Shown here: positions 11,867-22,620 of the stretch, one piece after another | How positions within the stretch are numbered: position 1 is the stretch's first letter | Layout: each line of letters opens with the position of its first letter | DNA from: Sporopachydermia quercuum | Taxonomy: Eukaryota | Direction: 5' to 3' | DNA length: 64,000 nt | Assembly (NCBI GenBank): GCA_001599295.1 | Contig: BCGN01000003.1 | Coordinates: 930,001-994,000, forward strand | Program-made: the position numbers and the translations under genes | The notes under the pieces: generated by a model | Seen by the model: only the letters and a program-made list of their open reading frames with translations | Told to the model about the DNA's origin: nothing | Databases searched by the model: none

Positions 11867-13774
11867 TCAAGATTCGTAGTAACCACTAGCATTATACTTT
11901 TCGTAATCTTGACGATCTAATGGCATTCCTTCATATCTTGCTTGCACATTTAATGGAGGTATAGCTTGCCGTTGCAAAATGCCTGAGTTCGGTAATTGAT
12001 TACTGTTAACAGCGTTGATATTATTGCCATATGCAACAGTTCCAACAGAATCTGAACTTGATCTTAACTTGCCATAATAATCAGATCTTCCTCCTTCAGG
12101 TGATGCGTAAATATTAGGCTGTGAATAATACTTTAGTGAATTTCCTGCCGCTGTTGAAGTTGAATACATCGATCCATATCCAATTTCAGGTTGATTGTAA
12201 ATAGGCTGTTGTGATGGAAGACTGTTGCTTGCAGCATTTCCAAGGAAACCAGTTGAAATCGATTGTTGAGTAGGTATTATTGGTTGTGAATAGGCGTGGA
12301 AAGGGACAGTTGTTACTTCACCAGAATATTTCCCAATGACCTTCCTTAATGCTTCCCCAAGACAACTCCATGGAAAAACCTTTACATCTTTTTCAATATT
12401 TCTTGGTTTTGGATTTTTGTATGACATCAATACCTTGAAAAATCGTTCTGAATCTGTTCTATCTTTAGCTACTGTCAATGGTTTGAATCCTTGTAGGTTC
12501 CGTCGTATTCTGTTTTTTTCTTCAATCGTGAATTTCTCATCAACGAGATACTCTAGTAAGAATATAATATCAACTGACGTTATGAAGCATTGACCCATTT
12601 CTTGCCAGTAGATACATGAAATACAATGCATACCGTCTTTATAATCATCTGGGTCGATAGGGTGAAATTCAACTTTGACTTGCACTCCGATTTGAGACTT
12701 AACCACTCTTACGATTCTTCTACCTAATCTCCATTCTTTTTCGGTACAATTTGCTGCTAACTCTTCTAAACTCACTCCAAGAATTTCTAAGGATGCTCTT
12801 CTGTATGCTTTTCTTTGATATTTTTCACGGATATTTTGAGTATGGTAAGCCTCTGACATTGAATTGTCGTTAGCAGAAGGACCTAAGTATGATATGCTTG
12901 TCCTTGAACTCGATGTTGAGCTATCGGGTGATATCTCATTGATCTGACTCTTTGGATCCATGTCAATGTGACCATCAGGAATATTTGATTGCTTAGTGTT
13001 ATTTGGTGATGATGCCTGATGATCTACTAAGCTTGTTCTTACTAGTTTTGGTGTCACATACTTTTGAAATGTTCTCGGCGGATCAACTGGCTGTTGTGAT
13101 TGCTGTTGTTGTAAGTACTGGTTGCTTACATAACCATTGTAAACAGACTCATATTGCTTATCCTCATAAATAGGAGGTCTTGATGCTATTGAAGATATCG
13201 AATAATTTGATCCAACACTTTGATTGTAATCTTGGTAATACCTTGAGGTGTCGATTGGATCCAATGGAGTGCTTAAGGTACTGCTACTTGAAGTTGATAA
13301 TGACGCTGATGAACCTGTTTGTTCTATTCCATGATGAACTGGATACGAAGGTTGATAACCAGGCTGATACTCATATCCTCCTGGTCTTTGATAAGGTAAA
13401 TTCATGGTATTAGGGTTGGTAATATTAGGATTGTCGTTGCTGGTATAACTTGAATATGCTATGTTATTCATTCCTGCTTGTTGTGACTGACCTGTAGTCG
13501 AAATGGATAGTGGTGGTGGCGGCGGTAGTGGTAACTGTTGATCTTGTTGTGAAATCAAATGGTTTTTTTCTAATCGATTGTGCTGCTGTGACCGTTCTTC
13601 GTTCTTAATCAACGACTGAACACCTGTCATTTGGCCATGAGATTGCATTGATAACCCTTGATTGTTACTCTCCATAGTATTCTGTGAAATACTATTCCTG
13701 TTGTCTATGACCTCTAAGGTCGATTCCATTTCACCCGGATTGATGGATGCTACAAATTCGTTCCCACGATTCAT
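11867..13774 (-). CDS. medA: MedA/Medusa-family developmental transcriptional regulator
   Basis: 635 aa with Q/S/N/P-rich disordered flanks. The conserved core (~12320-12750) EWRLGRRIVRV...CISCIYW...CFITSVDIIFLLEYLV...FTIEEKNRIRRNLQGFKPLTVAK...FFKVLMSYKNPKPRNIEKDVKVFPW...ALRKVIGKYS matches the Aspergillus MedA domain as I recall it. Confidence 0.88.
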   Translation of the reverse strand: MNRGNEFVASINPGEMESTLEVIDNRNSISQNTMESNNQGLSMQSHGQMTGVQSLIKNEERSQQHNRLEKNHLISQQDQQLPLPPPPPLSISTTGQSQQAGMNNIAYSSYTSNDNPNITNPNTMNLPYQRPGGYEYQPGYQPSYPVHHGIEQTGSSASLSTSSSSTLSTPLDPIDTSRYYQDYNQSVGSNYSISSIASRPPIYEDKQYESVYNGYVSNQYLQQQQSQQPVDPPRTFQKYVTPKLVRTSLVDHQASSPNNTKQSNIPDGHIDMDPKSQINEISPDSSTSSSRTSISYLGPSANDNSMSEAYHTQNIREKYQRKAYRRASLEILGVSLEELAANCTEKEWRLGRRIVRVVKSQIGVQVKVEFHPIDPDDYKDGMHCISCIYWQEMGQCFITSVDIIFLLEYLVDEKFTIEEKNRIRRNLQGFKPLTVAKDRTDSERFFKVLMSYKNPKPRNIEKDVKVFPWSCLGEALRKVIGKYSGEVTTVPFHAYSQPIIPTQQSISTGFLGNAASNSLPSQQPIYNQPEIGYGSMYSTSTAAGNSLKYYSQPNIYASPEGGRSDYYGKLRSSSDSVGTVAYGNNINAVNSNQLPNSGILQRQAIPPLNVQARYEGMPLDRQDYEKYNASGYYES

Positions 13775-14088
13775 AACAAATATTTCCGATTTCGTGTTTG
13801 CTTAGTAGACAAGAATTTTTGCCCTTATATGCTTATGTTAATGAATATAATCACCATAAAGACAATCAATTTAACTTCAAGTCTAGTCAGGTATTCTGTT
13901 TGTTCTGATTATTATTGATGGAATGACAAAAAATGCAGACGACTTAAATAATGCATTAGCGTGTTGTGGTTCCTGCTCAAGTATTTGGTGAAATCTAGCA
14001 AGAACAAAGAAATTATCAGCAAACGGCTGCTAGGTATTAATCCACAATATCTTTTCGACTATTTTTGTTCCAATGAATTTGCCAGTAT

Positions 14089-15794
14089 CTAGACAGTAAT
14101 TGTTAGTTCAGATGACAATAGATGGTTTTAAAAAAGGGAAAAGAAAAGCTAAACAAAAAATGTTTAAGATTCCTTTCCAGAAGAGAGACAAGGCAAAAGT
14201 TAAGAAGGTAAGAAGTTGAAAATGATGAAATTCCAATAATAAATCTGAGTTTTCTTATATGTTTCACATATCAATTTCGACAGGAACAAGTCAGTAAGTA
14301 TCCAGAGTTGGAATAGTTGGTGAACTTGTTACTCTTTGATATGTGAAGTTATCAACTTTAGAGAAAGATATCTCATAAAATGGATATCAAAAAATTCTAT
14401 CAACGGTCTGCTGTATGTTTAATATGTTTTAATATTTGCGGATTTTAGTCGAGCTCATTGACTGTCAAGCAATTGTTTGATAGGAGTAATGCGTGCGGTT
14501 TGGATACCTCGCAAGATAAGTACGAGCACAATTCAATTGACAAGCCGTGTAATGGAGATTTCCCTTTGAAAACTTCAATTGATAGAACATCCATTCAGCA
14601 TTTGTTCCTATTCAGTGCTACTCTAATGGAAAAGAAAGAGTGTGTTTCTATTTCGCCGTTCAAAATTTCTTTCATTCAGTGGATCCATCAATGAATTGAC
14701 AGAAAGGAGTTCAGTTATTCCTCTTTCATCACCTCAGACACATTTCAGACATATAAACTCACAGTGGGAAATACTGCTTCCTTAGAGGAAAGTATAGTAA
14801 ACAAATCACTTTCAAAAAGAATATAGAACGTCCAAAGGGAAAGGAAGTGAAGGAAATATGAGACACACTCAAGTTTAAATCAACCAGCAGAATATCATTC
14901 CCTCGCTTCGGTCTCTCCACAACTAGTATTTAAAAAAGCTAAACCTAAACTTTAACTTTCTTTTGTCAAAGGATAACACAATCAAGTTATCTAGGGGGGT
15001 TTCGTATGTTTTTTAAGAGATTTCAAGTTCTGTTACTTGATTATTCTTACTGATAAAAAGCAGTCTTCAACTAAACTCAAGTTGCTACAACTTTCATCTC
15101 CCTACCCCATACTAGCACTTTGTTGAGGGAGGAGAAGACCTGATANAACTAGACAACCCAATTTCAGACATAATGTCTTTAAATTTAAAGTTGAAACAAA
15201 ACTGGTTTTAGGGGACAACAAACTTTGCCAGCAATAAAGTTTGTGAACTTTTAACTTAATTTCCATTTTCGCGAACTGATCTGAACTAAAATGTGACCAA
15301 TACTAATAACCAAAAATCGGATACGATTCTGTCAGTTGTCTACCTTCTTTGCTTTTGACTAACATTAATTTCCGTAAATCTTTTTAGTTTAGTCAATGAA
15401 CTTCGAACAATGAAAGTTCAACTCCAACTTAAAATGAAAAGGTTAAAAAAAGAAAGAGACGAGGAACAGAATTTAGCTATGGACTAGATCCATTCGTTTG
15501 ATACTTAACGTCTGATGTTCTTTTTGATACCTTATTGAAAAGCATTCCGTGTTGTTATATATATGTGACTTAGCAGTCAATACGGTAATTTTTTCTCAAA
15601 ATCATGAAGTGAACAGTTGTAAAAACCATTCACATTTCTTATTTCGTGACTCAACCTTTTTTTTGTCCGAGTCATGAATCAACTCAGCCTAATTTATTAT
15701 CCTTGACGAAAGAAAGGAAACAAACATAAGGAAATAAATGAATAAATAAGAAAATAAAATAAAAGATTGAAACAATGAAAACACTATAACTTAC
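14089..15794 (-). other. Putative 5'UTR intron of medA
   Basis: Minus strand has branch point AACTAAC (14108-14102), then the acceptor TCTAG ending at 14089, with a pyrimidine-rich upstream tract. Candidate donors are AAG|GTAAGT at 15794 and GTGAGT at 14762. Confidence 0.45.
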
Positions 15795-16220
15795 CTTGCC
15801 TATTAGTTTTTAATATGCTTCCATTCCTTTGCAACTCTATCTGTTGGTACAAGTAAGAATGATATAATATAACCTGAATTTTTTCTCGATATACTCTTCT
15901 GTTTCTTTACTATGCTGTAGTTGAGAGGTACCAGAGCTGATCAAATAGGTAGTTTCACTATGTTGTACTCCTACTGCTTAATGATCAAACCCTGACTTTC
16001 ATTTGCCTGTTTACTGTGATATTTTATCTTTTGAAACAATTCTTCTCAAATTTGATGATGCAGAACCTGAGACTTCTATTAATCTAAACTTCGAATTATG
16101 TCACATCAATACTGATGAAATAGAACGATATATGCCTTTTTCACTTTGCAGGAATAAATGGAGATCAAAATAAAAAGAAAGGAACAAAGCAATTTTTGAG
16201 ATATCAGAGATATCAAAAAG

Positions 16221-16244
16221 TGAAAATGAAAATGAAAATGAAAA
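16221..16244 (+). repeat. Short (TGAAAA)n tandem repeat in an A-rich tract
   Basis: tgaaaatgaaaatgaaaatgaaaa, within the purine-rich region ~15700-16490. Confidence 0.6.
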
Positions 16245-18243
16245 GAACAGAAACGAAAAAGAGCAAGAAAAAAAAATGAAAAAGAAGGAAAAGAGTTGAA
16301 ATAAAAGAAAAGCTAACAATTTTGTAATAAAAATAATTGTATTAGAGATGGAAACTAGTCCATGATTGAGAGCCATTTCACATCAAGTAGTTACCAAAGG
16401 AGCAATGAAAATGAAAAATAAACCGAGAAAGAACATATAACATAAGGAAGGAAAGAAAACAAAACGGAAAATCAAAAGAGAAAAAAGAGTTTCAGGCTCA
16501 TAAGATTAAACTCTATTATAACAATTGTTACGTATACTTAAGAATTAAGCTAAGTTTAATTTTGGCATTATTGACTGAAGATTCTTTATCGAATAAAGAT
16601 ATACATTTTAAAGTTCTGGGTTTGCTAAGAAATTCTGAAAAGAGTTAATGAACATAATGATACTTCTATACGTAAAATTTCAACTTTGATTACTTAATAT
16701 GTTTGAAAAAGTATTTGCTGATAATGTATTTGACAACGGGCTTTCCAAAGTAGAATTTTATGGCTTCGAATCAAATTTCAACAAAAAATAGTTAGATTTT
16801 GGTAGCGTGAAATAGCTTCTAAATGAAAGCTGCAAGCTATACAGTTTACCATTCGATCAATTGAATTAGTCAAAATCATAAGTGAGGCGCAGAGCTCATT
16901 GAACTTCCTTGAGATATTGCCTGTCTATTACATATCAATAACACTCGGTAATAATACTATTAAATTCGATTTTGAAAGATGAAAGTTGTTCTTCCTTTTA
17001 TTTCTGTAGAAAGGTCATTCCAGCACTGCAAAATTTCACTTGCTAATGATGAAGCGTTAGGCAGAGTAAAAGGACTACCTTTGATAGAAATGTGAATGGT
17101 CCAACATAAAAAAAATGTAAAATTCGGCCGGATTTAACTAGGATTGAGTTTGAAAATCTTCTCAAAATTGCATTACTTACACAAATTGATTGTGTAAGTG
17201 CTAAAACTGGTTACACGCAAATCAACCTGTTTCTCAATGTTGTAAATGATATTCTTATTGTCGCATTGTCTCTTTAGTCCGCGTTCACTTTGTTATGATG
17301 AAATGAGAGAGCGACATATTAAGTACAACTTCAGATTATTTAAGTACTAATAATTATGATTCTTGTAGCTTTCCCAAACTTTTTGTTTTCATTAGTTATG
17401 ATAGCCGATCAGCATTTGAGTAAATCTTGTTTTTGATTGGCAAGATCCAGCAAAACTTGCTCATGTAGTGGACGGTCAGTTTTCCAATTATTCCTTTATT
17501 GAAAATTGATTTCTAAGCTGCATAAAAAACTAGAAAAACTCAGCCTTTTTTTTTTGATTTTTTTTGAAGTCCATCACTTTGAGAATATCTATTTGGTAGG
17601 TTCAAGCACAGATAATTGATTGTTGCTGTCAAATATCCAGCAGTATGGTATCAGTCTTGAAGGTCTTCTTCTAAATAAAACTATAGGAATCAATACTTCA
17701 AGTAATTGCACCAAAGAAATGAAAACAATTAAGTATTTATCTTTGTTTGATAGGGCTGTGGATCTGCCTTATACTCTGCAGCTCTTGGTACGGGAGTAGG
17801 CATAACCCGAAACCAATCATTTTCCATAATATGTCAGCATTTCAGAGATATAAGTATCCCGCCAAATAAGCCTATGATTTAACCAGAAGATCAATATTTG
17901 AATATACGATGAAATCAACTAGTGATATGAAGGCGTTAGTGCGTTGTTCCTGATCTTAACTCTATTGTTTGACAGATTTGTCAGTTTTTGATCAAATCGA
18001 TAAGCTCTATATTCTGAATAAATGGTGTAGAAGTAGAATTTGCATAGATTCTAAATAATAGAAAAACTAGTAAAAGCTTAACTATTTCACAGGGAGGGTT
18101 TGAAAAGTGCATATGTATTGGAAATTCCGATCAATTAAAAAGTCCTTTCACATTAATCTTATGTCACATGAGTGTTGGGGTTAAGAGTTAAGATGGCTTA
18201 TTTTGCTCATTCATGAGAAGTAATGTTTTCATCATATCAAGTG

Positions 18244-18274
18244 TATATTATATTATATATTATATATTATATTA
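18244..18274. repeat. AT-rich low-complexity microsatellite
   Basis: tatattatattatatattatatattatatta. Confidence 0.6.
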
Positions 18275-21200
18275 CTGAAAGGAGCTTTTCAAATGCTGAA
18301 AACTATTATTTAGATTCAATCGTTATCTCGCCAACTATGTTGGGCCTAGTCTCTACTCATTTATCCTACCAAAAATATAGTAAGTGGTAGGTAATAGTTA
18401 CCTATGTAAGAACTAGACCCACCAGGTAGGCTTTCTGAGCAAATACTTAGATCTTGATATTTTGTTTTCTAGAAGTCCGTTCAATAGCTTCAAATTAATG
18501 TGACAGACAATTAGATCGGAGTTCTTTTTTTGACCGACTGATTAGTGATTCTGTTTTCATTTGAAGAATCTTCGGTACATTACAGATATATCTAAGTTGT
18601 GTTCTTCTCATAATTAGATTCGTTAATTTGAAATTCTTACAACAAACCTTATTGCGCTGAATTGTTCTTTATCTTTTTGTAGACGTACTTAATGTTAGCA
18701 AGAAGTAGTGGGATTGAAGGTGAATTAATTATTCATGTAATAACCTAGAAGAGTCTAAAATATATGAAAAAGTGAAAAAGAAAGCTAAGAAAGCACTGGT
18801 ACCACCACAATGTTACTTCACTCCATGTTTGGAAATGTTCGCAGTTGTGATTGAAAAGTTTTCAGCTTACCACTTCCATCCTAGCGTCTCTGAAGATTTA
18901 TTGCCTGTTAACAATGAATAGCGTAGCGTTATCATTTATAATTGAAAACCACCCGCAATTATTTTTTATTTTAATTTTTTTTTTCGTGAAAGAGAGAACG
19001 TAGATAATTTGTACGGAGACAGGACGTTAGACGGACGTCTTTACTATCGAAAGGAAAGGGTACAGGATGTTGCATATCTAAGAACATGTCACAGATTTAC
19101 TTAGAAGATAGAGTGAACCAGGTATACTTCAAGATAGGTTACAAATATCTTGGACAACTCTTCAGCAATTAGTTTTGACACTATTTATATTATATTTATG
19201 AGAACATACACCTTCCACGTAATTTTCTCATGGTAGAACAAGAGTAAGACTAAAAGATGAAATAAAAAAACAAGATATAAGAGCTAATAAATTATTTGAA
19301 AATCACCATCAAGTATTCTTAAACTTCGATAGAATTACTTCATTTGACACCAACTTTTTATTGGACGTAAGGCTAGTAAGAACCGAAACCGAAGGTGATG
19401 ATAAAATGAATTGAAATATTAACATATAGCAATGAATTGTACTTACAAAGCTACCTGTCAAGTACAAGTATTTGTTTCTTTCGAATTTAAGGACAGTTCT
19501 AGAAGCTACCCATTTTTTTGACCCATTATTTCAACTAGTTGATCATTATCAAATCACTTATAAACCTTCTGTATAAATAGGCGCATCTATTGAGTATAAA
19601 TATCCAATTGACATAAAGTTCTCTTTGGGTCTTGGAAGCTTTTTTTACAGTACATTATTCTTATTTGTGTCGTGAGCAATAATGATTATATAAAATTTAA
19701 AGAAAGCTTAATAATAAAGAATACAAGAAAAACAAGAGAAACATCTCAACACAAAAGCTTTTTCTAAATCAGTTAGATTCATGCAATAAAAGATATACTC
19801 ATATATATAAAATACATTGGAACGCTTTTCTTTTCTTTTGCTTTCTTGATGTTGTAATATGGATGTTACCCCATTTTTGTCATTCCTTACGTATTCTTAA
19901 TAAAACTTTAATGCTTGATTCTTTAGGTATCCAAAAAAGGTATCCTTAACCGTTAGTTTTGACGTATATTTCCAGTTAAGCAAGTTGCGAAAAAAATATT
20001 TATCAAGAAGATCTTAGTTTCCAAATAGGTAAATAGTGGAAAGATTTTTAGCATCACCAAATCCCTTTCTGTCAAATCAAATCAACAATTGCACTAAAGT
20101 AAAAAATTTGGTAAACAGGATCTTCTGAATACAAATATTCAGTTCCAAAGTAGATTATATAGCCTTGCTAATTTCTATCGTATTGCTAACATTTGATTTC
20201 AATTGCGCAGCCCTTAACTTGCTAGCATAACCATATGTATCAATCTATCAGGAACTACAACTTTGAAAGATCATTCCGTTTTATCCAAGTGGTGACTTTC
20301 ACGGACAACCAAGCCGATGTTCTTTTTTTCTCTGGGAATTTTTTCTATTGCTCAACTTCTTGCCTGCTTCTGTTTAGAAGCAGGCAATGACTTAACTAGT
20401 CGTTGTAGTAGTGCAAAGTACAACCTCTGTATGTACAGTTTTTCCGAAATGTATAACTNATTAAGTAAACTGTTTCACTTCGTGATACGTAAAAAAAATT
20501 CTATTACAACAAGAAAATTCCTAAAGGAAAAAGCAAGTGAAATCGGACTTTTCGAAAATAGATGAAATGAAACTTCTTGGGGATATATTTTCGTTCTATA
20601 GATTTGACAGAAGCTAGCAGCTCTAACTAAAATTTTACTTTACGAACCAATTCATTTTAGTTGAAGCACTTGGAATTTAGCTTTCATACTTTAGCTACCT
20701 AACCTTATTTGATATCCCGACAATTTCAACATCCCAAGAGTAAACAGAAGTCGGCGATATATTTCTGGGAAGCCACCTGATCCAAAAGGAAATCTTTGAT
20801 CGTTTCCGTAAAAGATTTGGTTTCTATATTTCCAAAGCGGAGTAGAGCTTTGCAAAAAGAAATTTTCGAAATTCTCTTCGTAGATGATCCAATTTTTGTA
20901 CGTTTGACTTCTAACTTCTCACGTTTGATTTTATATAGCAACTTGTAAAATACATTGCAGAATGGATACTTGACTGTCTTTATCGAAGGTTCTCAGACTT
21001 GTAGTAGCCAAATAATAATCGATTTATGATATAGATCATAACCGTAATATACAAAAGAGTATTTTTTATTCTTTCTTTTTCTATAATTTTTTTCCTTTTT
21101 TGGTCTGATTTCTGACTGCTGGAATATCATATCAACAAGGCGGACTGTTGTCTCACCATGGACATCGAACTGGGTTGACCTGTCAAACACATTACGGTAC

Positions 21201-22620
21201 GTAACATTACTTGCACTACTACTTCATTTGAGTTTTGAATCATTCAATTTCTCAGGGTATAACCAATCTACGTTTGACATCTGAAAAAGATGAGAGCAAA
21301 TACGAAACAGCAAATTCAAAAAAGGTGAACCCAAAGTAAAAAGAGAAGATGGGTGAGTGGAAATATGAAACTGAAATTGGATCCTTTACAAGGTCGTTTT
21401 GTATATTCATAACCGCTTCCTTTTGGTTACAGAACAAAAAGAATATCGTCAACGATATAGGTTTGCAATTGTAGTCATAAATCCTGTATTCTAAACTATG
21501 ATTTTTTTTACAAGTTTTCTTTGATGTTCTTCATTTCATTATTTTTTCTTATGTCATAGAGCCTATATAATCAATAATCATTAAGCAAAAACAAGCGATT
21601 TTCCAGTTGGCAGCTTACTAAAAATTTGATTAAAGTTCAAGCTTTTAAAATAGATTTTTTAGGGTTTTATAACTTTAATATTATGTTGTTTAAGGCTTGC
21701 ACTAAAAACGAAACCTTTTTTCTTTTTCTCAGTCATATTGAAAAATATTTCGTGCTTATCTGTTGGAAGATCAGTCAAGTTATCTAAAGGGAGAGCAAAT
21801 TTCAATTCATAACTATAATATAGCAATTGAACGTTAGAATAAGGAACGAATGACATATGCCGAACTCTTCAATGAAATGGAATTGTTCTTTGAACACTTA
21901 TTTCCAACGATGAACTAATACTAATAATCAGATGGTTCAAACCATAATATAAAGCTTTTATAATACAGGGAATTTCACAAATCAGCCCATTTGACTTATG
22001 GAAAGAGAGAACAAAATTCGATATGTGCAGTATATACCGTATAAACGTAGAATTGCTGTAATACCTTATTTCATGACCAGGTCCATTATTAGTCAACCTA
22101 CTGAGTAAGCTGTTAAGCATCTTGACTCATGAAACTACACTATGGAACATGCTATATTATTAGGAAAACAATTACAAATTTACCCTTATTTATATGATTA
22201 TGCAAATCATGTCTCAGTAATTCCAGAGGGAAAACTGTAGGGTTGTAAGCCATGTACTTGTCAGATTCGGTATACCTACCCTTCAGCGCATGGGGAATCT
22301 CAATGTCTACTCGTCCTTTTAAACTTCGAAAAGTTTTGTATGCTCTATTCTACACGAAAACAACACTGAAAAAGATTTATATGCAACAGATTATTAGCTT
22401 TGTATAGTATTACCTTTTACAGACATTCAAATTCAGATGATGAATTATTTCACTGTGTTGTTGACTAGCTGAATTGTGTAGCAATTAGCGACCCATTCAC
22501 TGAACTGCTTGTATCGAATTAAAATAGGATGTACTAAACAGAGGGTTTAAAAAGGAGCGAAATCAAGTAACTAGTGACGTTTTGAATGGAAATTGCAACC
22601 AATGGAGAGACCTCATCTGA

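Noticed and set aside
14676..14732. C/D-box-like arrangement (GTGATGA..CTGA..TTGATGG..CTGA) on the minus strand
   Set aside because: Only 57 nt, no terminal stem, a 5-nt guide before box D, and no rRNA complementarity that I recognise.
16101..16376. 91-aa Phe/Ser-rich ORF
   Set aside because: An artefact of translating a poly-T/A low-complexity tract.
20317..22120. Run of short ORFs (65-83 aa) that might be a fragmented transposon or pseudogene
   Set aside because: I found no transposase, RT or integrase motifs, LTRs, TIRs or coherent splice signals.
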